A stretch of 61,308 nt of DNA. Source: an uncultured cyanobacterium (GTDB lineage Bacteria; Cyanobacteriota; Cyanobacteriia; Cyanobacteriales; Microcystaceae). Shown here piece after piece: positions 10,055-22,113 of the stretch (position 1 is its first letter; the number at the start of each line of letters is the position of its first letter). A program made the position numbers and the translations under genes. Location of the stretch: positions 1 to 61,308 of the forward strand of contig CAWEDJ010000009.1 in NCBI GenBank assembly GCA_963807635.1. Direction: 5' to 3'. The notes beneath the pieces were generated by a model. That model was not told the origin of the DNA. It saw nothing but the letters and a program-made list of their open reading frames with translations, and ran no database searches.

Positions 10055-10250
10055 AATTTATTGATATACACTTATACTAAGTTATAAATCCAAATAATAA
10101 GTTAACTAAAATTTATCGACGTGAAATAAATTGCGATCGCGTTTATCCATTTATCTTCAGTAGAGTCGTCTGAATTTAAATTGATTTTTTAGAAACGATG
10201 CAATCAGAAATCACAAAATGCGATCAATTCTAACAATTCTAATTATCAAT

Positions 10251-10826
10251 TTAAGAATTCGGAGAGTTAAACAAATACTTTGTTGCACAATTTCCACAAA
10301 TAGACCAGCGTTCTAATTCCTGGGGCAAAACAGGAGCTTGGCATTGGGGACAAGGAGGTAATTGTTCAGTACGGGCTTGGAGAACTTTTGCCCAACGTTG
10401 AAAAGCTTCGTTTGGCGTTTTTGCAGGAACTTTTTCAACTTCGTCAGGAAAACTTAGGGTGGTCAAAAAAGCAGAATAGGATTCACCCTGCTCTAGGGGA
10501 TTTGAGTGTTGAAGAGATTTTAAATTCTGGGCTTGATGCCATTGAGCGGCAGAAAAACGGATATCCGTTAGGGGTTGGGTTAATTGGGGATTTAATTTTT
10601 TGAGTAAACCATAGCGTTGTAGGGTTAAATTTTGCGCCCAAACAGGACTCAGGGTGGCGACCCATAGCACCTGACGGCGAATGGCGAGGGGTTTGGTATA
10701 CCTGAGAATCGCGGGATCAAGAACGGTTTCCCAGACTCCGAGGACTTGGCGGTAATGATGATAACTTTCCCATTGGGGTTGTTGTTGGAGGGTGGTTAGT
10801 AGGTTATCGAGGGATTTAAAAGACAT
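10251..10826 (-). CDS. DUF721/DciA-family protein with C-terminal Zn ribbon
   Basis: W...LWVATLSPVWAQNL...LTDIRF; CPQC...CGNC. Confidence 0.8.
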   Translation of the reverse strand: MSFKSLDNLLTTLQQQPQWESYHHYRQVLGVWETVLDPAILRYTKPLAIRRQVLWVATLSPVWAQNLTLQRYGLLKKLNPQLTQPLTDIRFSAAQWHQAQNLKSLQHSNPLEQGESYSAFLTTLSFPDEVEKVPAKTPNEAFQRWAKVLQARTEQLPPCPQCQAPVLPQELERWSICGNCATKYLFNSPNS

Positions 10827-10955
10827 GGCGAGATTAGGAAAATTTCTAGAATTCTGTCGCGACGGTCGATACCGAAATACGGTAGAGTAGGCTATGGAGC
10901 ATTACTTTTGCTTTCACGTTATTTAAACATCAGTCTTTATAAGTAAGGAGCATTT

Positions 10956-11072
10956 ATGCTGACCCTCAAAATTGTCGTTAATATTGTTGTCGCGGGCTTT
11001 ATTTTGTTATTTATCTTCGGTTTTCTTTCTAGTGACCCGACCCGTAACCCTGGTCGTAAGGATTTTGAGTAA
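10956..11072 (+). CDS. psbI: Photosystem II reaction centre protein I (not in the ORF track)
   Basis: [47 protein letters not shown]. Confidence 0.97.
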   Translation: MLTLKIVVNIVVAGFILLFIFGFLSSDPTRNPGRKDFE

Positions 11073-11364
11073 ACTGAATTAATTTTAAAAAAATATCTTA
11101 AAATCTTGCTTATTATTCAGCGAGACGATTAGATTATTTTACCTACCAGCGATCGCAGTAATTTGGCTATCAACCCTCATGTTATCGTCACTGCGGTCAA
11201 AGGCCTATGAACTCCTTTTAACATTTGGATGATGTAATCATAGATGTTGGGGAGTTTCGTGTTAACTTAGGTGAGTCAGGCGATGGGGGCAGCACTTGTC
11301 CCAATGTTTTGGCGAGATTGTGATTGAGGTTGCGGTTGATTTTTTCAGCTTTATTTTGATCTAA

Positions 11365-13813
11365 ATGCCCCTATTCGTTATCCCACCGAGTCCTCCTGCG
11401 CTTATTCAGCCGTTTAAGCCTGGGGTTGTCGTCCGTCCCAATTATTTGATGGCCGACTCTTCTTTGCCTACGGTTAAGAAGTCTCCTGAAGCGATACCCA
11501 GCGTTGTTGAATTTTATTATTCCGAACCGAGCCAGGTTGCATCCCCTTCTCTACCCCAGATAGACTCCCATGCCGAGCAACTGGGAAAACCGATTTCCGT
11601 CAATGCTCCCCCATCCCCTCCTAATGCTTTTCCGATTGATCAATCGAGCAATGATACTGCCCCCCTGTTTTCTGCTGTTGACCGTCAGGTAATTCTCGAT
11701 CTACAAACACTTCAACGCGATCGCGGAAATCTTCCCCAAGAGAATCGTTTAATCACCCAAGAAAGAGACGGAGCCGTTAAAGAATTTATTATCAATACGG
11801 ATGAATCTAAGCCCGATCAACCTGTTGAAACAGATCCTAAAACCTCTCCAGAAACCAATACGCCTGATGCCTCGAACGCGCCATCAACATCCAGTGAAAC
11901 TAAACCGAAAGAACCGCCTGGCGTATTAGAATTAATCGCCGACCAACAGGAATACAGCACCAATAATCAGGTGATAACGGCAACGGGTAAAGTCGTGATG
12001 CGTTTTGCTAATGGTGTGTTGCTCGCCGATCGCCTACAGATTAATTTACCCGATCGCTTTGCTGTCGCCGAAGGAAATGTTTCTCTTAAACGGGGTGAAC
12101 AAACCCTACAGGGGGAAAAATTTGAATATTACTTCGTTCAAGATAAGGGCGTGATCCACAATGCCAGGGGAGAAATTTATCAACCCACAACGGGCCGAGA
12201 TATTTCCCCGACTCTCCCCACCGATCCTGGGGGCAACGTCATCCCCTCCCAGACCCTCAATGAACGTCTGATTAATAATCAACCCCTCCAACGAATTACA
12301 ACAGGAGACGGCTATCGTTTTTCGGCGGGAACCAGTTTAGATTTAAATCGCTTTGGTACGGCAGGCAGTAATGGTGTCAATGGTGGACAAATTAACCGTT
12401 TGCGTTTTCAGGCAAAGAAAATTGATTTTGATTCTGAAGGTTGGAATGCCAGCAAGGTCAGAATTACTAACGACCCCTTTTCTCCCCCTGAGCTAGAAAT
12501 TCAAGCGGAAACGGCTAATTATTACAATGTGGCTCCCCTAGTGGATGAGGTGAGATTAAGCGAGTCACGGGTGGTATTAGATCAAGAAAATACCATGCCT
12601 CTCTTTCAGAGATCGATTAGTCTTAGACCGCAGAAATCGCCAACCAGGAATTTTAAGTTTTGGTTACGATGGGCAGGATCGGGGAGGACTTTATGTTCAA
12701 AGTAGTTTTAATATTCTCGATACTAAATCCGTCCGTTTTGACATTAAACCCCAATATTTAATTCAAAAAGCTCTCTTTCCGACCGCTTTTCCCACTGCCA
12801 ATTTAAGTGATTCCCAAGTTTGTGTGATTTGTCCCGCGTCCTTTGGTCTAATTACGGATTTGGATGTTACTTTCAGCGATCGCACCCGCCTGATTAATAC
12901 CCTTAATTTTTCAAGTCTAGATTTAGGAGAAATTGATACCACCCTACGAGCTAAAGTTGCCCTACAAAACAAAATAGGCGATATCTCTTCTCCCCACGAC
13001 CTGCGATTTGAATACAACTATCGAGAACGATTGTTTAACGGTTCTTTGGGCTTTCAAACGGTGAACAGTAGTGTGGGAGCCGTTCTAGTTTCCCCCGTTA
13101 TTCCCCTGGGTGATCCGAGCCTGTCTTTGAGTTATCAGGCTTCAATTCAAGATATCCAATCAGAAACCGACCAAGAAGACTTACTTCCTCCTGTACGCGA
13201 TAACAATTTAGTCACATTAATGCGTTATCAAGGGGCTGTCTCCCTCAACAAATACTATTTTCTTTGGATGGGAGAAGCCCTAGAACCCAAACCTGACAAA
13301 GGATTACGCTATACCTCAACACCAGTACTACCCTATTTACAGATAACGACAGGAGTGACGGGCGTAACCAGTTTTTATAGTGATGGCAGTTCTCAGCCCT
13401 CTGTGACGGGAAGTATTGGCTTATTAGGTCAATTTGGCCATTTTTCCGAACCTTATTTGGATTATACAGGCTTTAATATCAGCTACTTACAGGCTATTCG
13501 TGGCGGGGTGTCTCCCTTCCTGTTCGATCGCTTTGCCGATACCCAGGTTTTATCCTGGGGATTAACCCAGCAAGTCTATGGGCCTTTCAGAATAGGGGTT
13601 CAGAGTGCCTATAGTATTGATGCCAATAAGCAAATCAGTACGGAATTATTTATTGAATATAGCCGTCGGACTTACAATTTCATGGTGCGCTACAATCCCC
13701 AATTACAAATTGGATCAATCAATTTACGCATTAGTGATTTTAATTGGAGTGGTAATCCAGGGACATTTGAAGGAACGGATATTCGCCCCGTCATTCAGGG
13801 AGTCACTCGCTAG
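11365..13813 (+). CDS. DUF3769 / LptD(OstA)-like outer-membrane assembly protein; frameshift ~12610
   Basis: ELIADQQEY..A.G.V.M, RITNDPFSPPEL; C-terminal SPFLFDRF, EYSRRTY, RISDFNW. Confidence 0.8.
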
Positions 13814-13871
13814 AAAAAGAGGAAGAAAAAAAGCCGCTCACGGGGAACGGCTAGTTAAAACCTAGTTAATG

Positions 13872-16049
13872 TTATTTGATAAACAACATTTCTTGATAAC
13901 TTGGTAAAGGCCAGAGATCATCAGCAATTTCAGCTTCCAACCCATCCGCATATTCCCGAACCTCATCCATTAAAGGACGAATGGTTTTAGAAAGATATTG
14001 CATATGGTCTTCCGTCGTCGCAAAATCATGGCTGCCTAAAGCGGAATCCAGTTTACTTACCTTTTCCATCATCGATTTAACCAAACTAGAAACTTTTTCG
14101 ATGGTTTCTACTTCTAGATCTAACCCAATTTCCTTCAGGCTGAGGGCCGTATTAGAAAGCTCGGATAAATAGCGAGTTGCGGCGGGGTAAATCAATGTCT
14201 TAGCTATATTGATGACCAGTTTTGCTTCCACTTCAATAGAAAGAATATACTGCTCAGCGTAGGCTTCAAAGCGACTAGCGAGTTCAACAGGGGAAAGAAT
14301 TCCTAAACCAGCAAACAGGTCTTCGATATATTTTTCCTTGAGGACAGGTAAGGCATCGGCTGTGGTGCGTAGATTCGCTAAACCCCGTTCTTCAACGGCC
14401 ATTTTGTGCCATTCTTCCGAGTAGCCATTGCCATTAAAGATGACGGCACTATGCTGATCCATGATTTCTTTTAAAACAGTCTGGATCGCTGAATTGAGTT
14501 CAGTGCCCTTGCCTAATTCGGACTCTAGCTTGTCGCCTATCCAATTCAGCGAATCCGCTAAAACCGTATTCATGGCAACGAGGGGCCAGCAACGGATTGT
14601 CCTGAGCCAACAGCCCGAAATTCAAAACGGTTTCCCGTAAAAGCAAAGGGAGAAGTACGGTTGCGATCGCCTGGGTCAGTGGGTAACAACGGGCAGAGTA
14701 TCAACGCCAGATGTGCATTGTGCCTTTCCCTTTAGAACCTGTCGTTTCGCCTTTGCTAATTTGTTCAAATACATCTTCTAGTTGGGAACCTAGATAGACG
14801 GAGATAATCGCAGGGGGGGCTTCATTAGCTCCTAAACGATGATCATTACTAGCAGTTGCCACCACAGCCCGTAGTAGCGGCCCGTATTTGTGGACTCCCC
14901 GAATTACTGCGCCACAAAATACCAAAAACTGAGCATTGGAGTGGGGCGTATCACCTGGATCTAATAAATTACCTTGGGTAGGATTGCCCACCGACCAGTT
15001 GACGTGTTTACCCGATCCATTCACTCCCTTAAAGGGTTTTTCGTGAAGCATACAAATGAAACCATGTTTCTTTGCCATATTGCGAAGAACGGTCATCAGG
15101 AGTTGTTGATGGTCGGTCGCAACGTTAGCGGCTTCAAAAAAGGGCGCAATTTCAAATTGACCTGGGGCAACTTCATTGTGGCGGGTTTTAGCGGGAATAC
15201 CGAGTTTATATAATTTTTCTTCTACATCCTGCATGAAAACCTGAACTCGCTCAGGAATGGCACCGAAGTAATGATCATCAAATTGTTGACCTTTGGCTGG
15301 AGCCTTTCCAAACAGTGTGCGTCCAGACAAGAGGATATCGGGGCGGCTATTGGCAAAATTGGCATCGATTAGAAAATATTCCTGTTCTGCACCACAACTG
15401 GAGTTAACGGGAGCAACATCGGTATTGCCTAATAATTTTAAAACTCTGGTCGCCGCTTTGTTCATCGCCGCATTAGAGCGCAATAAGGGCGTTTTTTTAT
15501 CCAGAGCTTCCCCTGTCCAGGACACAAACACAGTGGGAATACAGAGAGTAGAGCCATTATCTGTTTCCATGACATAGGCGGGACTGGTGACATCCCAGGC
15601 GGTATAACCCCGTGCTTCAAAGGTGGAGCGAATTCCGCCATTGGGAAAAGAAGAGCCGTCGGGTTCGCCCTGAACGAGAACCTTACCCGCGAATTCCGAG
15701 ATAACAGAGCCATCGCTCTGAACGGAAATAAAACCATCGTGTTTTTCCGCCGTTGCATTGGTCAAAGGATAAAAGACATGGGCATAATATAACGCTCCTT
15801 TGGAGATTGCCCATTCTTTCATCGCCAGAGGCTACCACATCCGCGATCAGAAACATCTAGCTCTTCACCAGTTTGAATGGTCTTCTTTACGGATTTAAAA
15901 ACATCTTTGGGAAGACTTTCTTGCATTTTGCTCAGCGTAAAAACATCGGAAGCCCAGAGTTCCTCTAGCCGTTTTGGGGTTTTGGGCGGCATGGGTTCTC
16001 GATTAGTAATTTCATAAATAGCTTGCAAACGGGATTCATTTCCACTCAT
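13872..16049 (-). CDS. glnN: Glutamine synthetase type III; apparent frameshifts ~15845, ~14700, ~14585
   Basis: [78 protein letters not shown]. Confidence 0.92.
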
Positions 16050-16294
16050 AATTTTTTCTCTTTATTAAAGCAACCTGGGTGATCATACTTAAACTAGGAA
16101 TACAATTTGGTCACAAATATTACCGAAAATCTAAAAACTTTATGGAGTCGGTTGATATCGATAACGACAAAAAGTCAATACACCAAAGGTATTATCCCCT
16201 ATCTTCTATCTTAATACCCTCTATTTTTTTTGTTCATTAGACATACTCAAGATGCCCTGACACACCTTGAGAATTCATACAAAATGTTAAATAA

Positions 16295-16308
16295 GTAGGT
16301 TTTAATAC
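16295..16308. promoter_or_regulatory. Consensus NtcA box in the divergent glnN/ppk2 intergenic region
   Basis: GTA-GGTTTTAA-TAC, exact match. Confidence 0.7.
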
Positions 16309-16409
16309 AAATATTGACAGAAATTTATTTAATATCGAATAAACTGTATTTATAAGCAGCGAAATCTCTTATAAAGATCATAAAGCTAGGAAAATTCAGA
16401 GAAAAACCG

Positions 16410-17390
16410 ATGGATGAATTAATGACAAACGGTTCCCAGGAACTCAATCAATTAATAGGCAAAAAAAATAAGAAATTGCAAAAAAAATCAAAAAAATCAA
16501 AAAAAATCAAAAAAAATAAGGCAAAAGAACATCAAGGCATCCAAGCAAACCCTAAGATGATGGAGTCTGCTTTTGAAAAAACTGATGTTGAAAGAACTGA
16601 CCCACCGTCAGAGAAACTGTCCAAGAAATTGTATGAAAAGGAATTGGTGCGTCTTCAGGTCGAACTCGTCAAAATGCAATACTGGATCAAGCACGTTGGT
16701 CTCAAAGTGATTATTGTTTTTGAGGGACGAGATGCGGCTGGTAAGGGGGGGACGATCAAGCGTATTACCGAGCCGTTAAATCCTAGAGGGTGTCGGGTGG
16801 TGGCTTTAGGGACTCCTTCTGACCAGCAGAAAACTCAATGGTATTTTCAACGCTATGTCGAACATTTTCCTTCGGCAGGTGAAATCCTTCTTTTTGACCG
16901 TAGTTGGTACAACCGAGCAGGGGTTGAACAGGTCATGGGTTTTTGTACGAAGGAGCAATATAAGGAGTTTCTCAATTCCTGTCCTGAGTTTGAACGGATG
17001 TTGGTGCGATCGGGAATTGTGCTTTTGAAATACTGGTTTTCGGTCAGTGATGAAGAACAAGAAATCCGCTTTCAATCGCGATTGTCCGATCCTGCTCGTC
17101 GCTGGAAACTGAGTCCGATGGATTTAGAATCGAGGGATCGGTGGGTAGAGTATTCCCAGGCAAAGGATAATATGTTTGCTCATACCAATATCCCTGAAGC
17201 TCCTTGGTTTACGGTGGAAGCGGATGACAAAAAACGAGCTAGGCTAAACTGTATTCGGCACATTTTAAGTAAAATCCCCTATGAAGATCTGACTCCAGAG
17301 CCAATGGAACTTCCGCCAAGAAAGCCGCCTTCTCCTGATTATGTGCGTCCTCCTCTGAATGAGCAGTTTTTTGTGCCGCATTATTATTAA
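16410..17390 (+). CDS. ppk2: Polyphosphate kinase 2
   Basis: FEGRDAAGKGG, WYFQRY, FDRSWYNRAGVE.VMGF, WKLSPMD. Confidence 0.95.
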   Translation: MDELMTNGSQELNQLIGKKNKKLQKKSKKSKKIKKNKAKEHQGIQANPKMMESAFEKTDVERTDPPSEKLSKKLYEKELVRLQVELVKMQYWIKHVGLKVIIVFEGRDAAGKGGTIKRITEPLNPRGCRVVALGTPSDQQKTQWYFQRYVEHFPSAGEILLFDRSWYNRAGVEQVMGFCTKEQYKEFLNSCPEFERMLVRSGIVLLKYWFSVSDEEQEIRFQSRLSDPARRWKLSPMDLESRDRWVEYSQAKDNMFAHTNIPEAPWFTVEADDKKRARLNCIRHILSKIPYEDLTPEPMELPPRKPPSPDYVRPPLNEQFFVPHYY

Positions 17391-17435
17391 TCAGGGCGTT
17401 TGAGTTTGGTTGGAACATACGGCATTTTGTGGTTA

Positions 17436-17514
17436 AACCCCATACAGACTAAGGACATACAGGATGAGGACATAATGGTATTATGTCCCTACAAAGCTTA
17501 ATCTGTATGGGGTT
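17436..17514. mobile_element. MITE-like element, family B
   Basis: 17/18-bp terminal IR AACCCCATACAGA(C/T)TAAG; internal hairpin GGACATAATGGTATTATGTCC followed by CTAC. Confidence 0.65.
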
Positions 17515-17584
17515 GGCGATCGCTGATCCGTTTTCCCCATCCTGGCTTGTGGTGCGATCAATGCTTTATATTTGAATCTGTTCT

Positions 17585-18916
17585 ATGGTGACAGAGGTAA
17601 AGCATTTGAGAAAAAAAAGACCGATTGGGATTGATTTGTTTGCGGGAGCGGGTGGACTGAGTTTGGGCTTTGAGCAAGCGGGTTTTGATGTGGTGGCGGC
17701 GGTTGAAGTTGATCCGATTCATGCGGTCATTCATAGGTTTAATTTTCCTCACTGTGTCGTTCTGCCCCAATCCGTCGCTGATTTAACGGGAAAAAAAATA
17801 CGAGAGGTGGCTAATATTGGCGATCGCGGCATAGATATTGTTTTTGGCGGCGCACCGTGTCAGGGGTTTTCGCTGATTGGTCAACGGGCCTTTGATGATC
17901 CGCGTAATCAATTGGTGAAGGATTTTGTGCGCTTAGTCAAAGAACTGGATGCGTCCTATTTTCTTTTTGAAAATGTCAAGGGTTTAACCGTTGGTCGTCA
18001 TCGTCAGTTTTTAGAAGAAGTGATCACGGAATTTGCGGCCATTGGTTACCAGGTGCGATCGCCCTGGCAAGTTTTAAATGCTTCGAGCTATGGGGTTCCC
18101 CAGGAACGGGAGCGTTTAATTTTGTTGGGGGCAAAAGCAGGATTAGACCTACCCAGTTATCCCCTTCCTTTGACGCGATCGGCAAGCAAAAGAAAGGGTG
18201 ATTTACCCCTGAGTCCCACCTGCGAAGATTCTTTGGCAGATTTACCCGAAGCCGAAGACTACGAAATTTTAGTTGATCAAGATTATGTATTAACACCTAA
18301 TTGGGGTAAGCCAAGCCATTATGCCCTTCAGATGCGTTGTCTAGAAGATAAATTTTGGTATTTTGGCTATCGTCGTCCCTTTGAACCCAATCTACTGACT
18401 GCGAGTACACGAACTCACCATACAGCGATTTCTCGTCGTCGCTTTGCCGCAACCCCCCCAGGCACAACGGAACCGATTTCTCGCTTTTTTCGGCTACCCC
18501 GTCAAGGTGTTTCCCATACCTTACGCGCAGGAACCGATGCTTCTCGCGGAGCATTTACCAGTCCGCGACCGATTCATTACGAAAAAGCCCGTTGTATCAC
18601 CGTAAGGGAAATGGCCCGTCTGCATGGTTTTCCCGATTGGTTTCGTTTTCATACAACCAAATGGCATGGAGCCAGGCAAATTGGTAATGCTGTCCCTCCT
18701 CCCCTCGCACGGGCGATCGCCTTGGAAATTATCAAAGTATTAGGCATTTCCCCCAGTAAACCCAAGGAAATTATTCAACTAGGCGATCCCCAGGTCTTAC
18801 AAATGGTTATGTCCGAAGCCGCTCAATATTGGGGAATCCCGAATCCCATTAGAAAACGCGATCGCGCCAGTGGTACAAAAAAAAGGAAGTCAACAGAAAT
18901 TGAAAATTCTAAATGA
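17585..18916 (+). CDS. Orphan C5-cytosine DNA methyltransferase, probably CGATCG-specific (M.Ssp6803I/DmtC-like)
   Basis: DLFAGAGG, GGAPCQGFS, FENVKG, QERER, RQIGNAV; TLRAGT...FTSPRPIH segment resembles the HIP1-core methylase; no adjacent endonuclease. Confidence 0.85.
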   Translation: MVTEVKHLRKKRPIGIDLFAGAGGLSLGFEQAGFDVVAAVEVDPIHAVIHRFNFPHCVVLPQSVADLTGKKIREVANIGDRGIDIVFGGAPCQGFSLIGQRAFDDPRNQLVKDFVRLVKELDASYFLFENVKGLTVGRHRQFLEEVITEFAAIGYQVRSPWQVLNASSYGVPQERERLILLGAKAGLDLPSYPLPLTRSASKRKGDLPLSPTCEDSLADLPEAEDYEILVDQDYVLTPNWGKPSHYALQMRCLEDKFWYFGYRRPFEPNLLTASTRTHHTAISRRRFAATPPGTTEPISRFFRLPRQGVSHTLRAGTDASRGAFTSPRPIHYEKARCITVREMARLHGFPDWFRFHTTKWHGARQIGNAVPPPLARAIALEIIKVLGISPSKPKEIIQLGDPQVLQMVMSEAAQYWGIPNPIRKRDRASGTKKRKSTEIENSK

Positions 18917-19301
18917 TCTTCAGAAAAAATCAAACATCTTCTCGCCTTGATCAAATAAATCCAGAAAATTTATCTTAAAACAAAAAAATAACTTCACATC
19001 TGAAGATTTAAGGTTACTTCTCTCTCAACTTAACTGACTTTGGATATGATATATTTTGTATAATTACAATAGAGGGACGAGATATCCTGATCCCCTACAT
19101 TTTATTGTTAGAAACTGTGAAATTCCTGACGCAATCATTGCGACGAACCGATAGATTTGTCTCCCAACTCCCTCATACAACTCATCTGAGTTGCTGGATT
19201 TTCAAAAAACGACGACGCTCTGACCCTTTGTCCTGAGCAAATTCAGCCAAAACCTTAAAGAGTCTATTGAGCGAAAAGTTATTGAATTTTAGGAGAATCC
19301 T

Positions 19302-19643
19302 ATGTTACACCGCAAGATTTATCAATTCTGTACAGATGGTCAGGAAGTCTGCATTTTCTTGCGAGATCAACAGCGTTGGTTAGATAAAGCACGTATTGTT
19401 TCCCTCGAAGGAGACCTAGTAACCATTCGCTACGAAACAGAAGAAGAAGACGAAATTAGTTCCTGGGAAGAAATGGTTCGCCTTGAAAGTATTGGAGCCG
19501 TCAGCCGTCAATTATCTTCCGTTTCTCGTTTAAATTCAGAAGTATTAGTCTCGGATGACTGTCCTGAATCGGAACAAATTTATGCCCATTCCCCTGAAGT
19601 CAGTGGAGAAGAGGAAGAGATAGAGCCTGAATCGTTCTCCTGA
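19302..19643 (+). CDS. Conserved cyanobacterial protein (DUF6679-like)
   Basis: MLHRKIYQ..DG.EVCIFLRDQQRW...SWEEMVRLESIG; AGGAG RBS. Confidence 0.8.
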   Translation: MLHRKIYQFCTDGQEVCIFLRDQQRWLDKARIVSLEGDLVTIRYETEEEDEISSWEEMVRLESIGAVSRQLSSVSRLNSEVLVSDDCPESEQIYAHSPEVSGEEEEIEPESFS

Positions 19644-19771
19644 ACGTTGGTTGAATGTTGGTCTCAAAAATCAGGAATCATTAAAAAGACTGAATCCTTC
19701 TCATTTCTTAATTAATCATTTTCTTCTCGACTTCCCCTTCCCTGTAAAATGAAGGCAGTCAATTATTTTAG

Positions 19772-20709
<938 letters not shown>

Positions 20710-20735
20710 ACCCTTTCTTTTTATCCAAAACTGTT

Positions 20736-21191
20736 ATGCAGGAATTAGGCAATATTTTTCAAAATCAGGCTCTAGCCGCTTCTATTGCTGCTTGTTTGAT
20801 TGCCCAGGCTCTCAAGGCGATCATCGATATTGTTCGTAATGGCAAGATCAATATTCGGACACTCTTTTCAACGGGTGGGATGCCCAGCGCGCATTCGGCT
20901 CTGGTCGGAGCTTTGGCAACAAGTATCGGGCTTCAGATGGGTTGGAATAGTAATGAATTTGCGATCGCGTCTTTGTTTGCGGCGATCGTGATGTACGATG
21001 CGGCGGGAGTGCGGCAGGCGGCGGGAAAACAAGCCCGAATCCTCAATCAAATTATTGATGAACTATTTCAGGAAGGCCATACTCTCAACGAAGAACGGCT
21101 TAAGGAACTGTTAGGTCATACCCCCACTCAGGTTTTTGTAGGTTTGGCCTTGGGAATGGCGATCGCCTTTCTATTTTTTCGTCCCCTTTAG
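20736..21191 (+). CDS. Divergent PAP2 (DUF212) membrane protein
   Basis: TGGMPSAHSA, VMYDAAGVR, LKELLGHTP; usual crtE neighbour. Confidence 0.9.
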   Translation: MQELGNIFQNQALAASIAACLIAQALKAIIDIVRNGKINIRTLFSTGGMPSAHSALVGALATSIGLQMGWNSNEFAIASLFAAIVMYDAAGVRQAAGKQARILNQIIDELFQEGHTLNEERLKELLGHTPTQVFVGLALGMAIAFLFFRPL

Positions 21192-21215
21192 ATTTTCACC
21201 CCCTTATCTGCCAAT

Positions 21216-21923
21216 CTAGGCTTCATCCTCAAATTTGTAACCCACACCAATCACTGTTTTGATAAAGGTGGGATTGGAGGGATCGGGTTCAATTTTCTTG
21301 CGTAGGCGACGGATATGGGTGTCAACTACTCGATCATCCCCAAAAAAATCATTTCCCCAAAGTTTGTCAATCAATTGGCTTCGACTCCAAACCCTTCCTG
21401 GATAGCTAATAAAGGTACTCAGAAGATTAAATTCTAGGGTCGTTAAATCTAAAATTTCTAAGTCTTGATCGGCTAATTGACGTTTGGCAATATGTTGGTC
21501 TAGATCTAACTGAAAATGCTGGGTTCTGTAAATTTGGCTATTATTTTCTCCGTATCTTAGGCTCCTCCTGAGTAAGGCTCTCACCCTAGCTACTAATTCC
21601 CTGGGGCTAAAGGGTTTAATCAGATAATCATCGGCTCCTGTGGATAAACCAATAATACGGTCAATTTCTTCCCCTTTTGCCGTTAGCATCAAGATATAGG
21701 GGTCTTTATAATTTGTTCTTTGCCGAATACGGGTACAGACTTCCAGTCCATCTAGCTTCGGTAACATTAAATCCAGAATAATTAAATCAGGTTCATTTTG
21801 TTGAAAATAATCCAAGCCAGCCAAACCATCCTGGGTGATCGCGCAGGTAAAAGATTCCCGTTTTAAGGTTTCGCGGATGAGGTGAGCAATTTCGAGATCG
21901 TCTTCAACAATCAGAATATCCAT
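21216..21923 (-). CDS. OmpR-family response regulator (orphan)
   Basis: VEDD, LDLMLP, GADDY.KPF, VDTHIRRLR.K, winged-helix C-terminus. Confidence 0.93.
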   Translation of the reverse strand: MDILIVEDDLEIAHLIRETLKRESFTCAITQDGLAGLDYFQQNEPDLIILDLMLPKLDGLEVCTRIRQRTNYKDPYILMLTAKGEEIDRIIGLSTGADDYLIKPFSPRELVARVRALLRRSLRYGENNSQIYRTQHFQLDLDQHIAKRQLADQDLEILDLTTLEFNLLSTFISYPGRVWSRSQLIDKLWGNDFFGDDRVVDTHIRRLRKKIEPDPSNPTFIKTVIGVGYKFEDEA

Positions 21924-22005
21924 ACCGTTTTGCAGAATATTAAGCGGTTTTGTTGATAATCCTACCGCTAAAGCAGGTTTTTGGGAAATTATTGATCAAT
22001 TTATC

Positions 22006-22036
22006 AAAAATAAAAGACCAGCGATCGCGCGCTGGT
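22006..22036 (-). terminator. Intrinsic terminator
   Basis: ACCAGCG-CGCGAT-CGCTGGT followed by CTTTTATTTTT on the minus strand. Confidence 0.65.
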
Positions 22037-22113
22037 AGCCTGAAAAATTGTTGTTGTTGCGGAGGATATGAGGGCTGTCCGTTCCCAAAACGTAAGCTTT
22101 CAAGACTCCTTTG
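22006..22113 (-). ncRNA. Candidate small RNA upstream of the response regulator
   Basis: Extended -10 TGTTACAAT (22120-22128); CU-rich CCTCATATCCTCC; intrinsic terminator. Confidence 0.5.
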
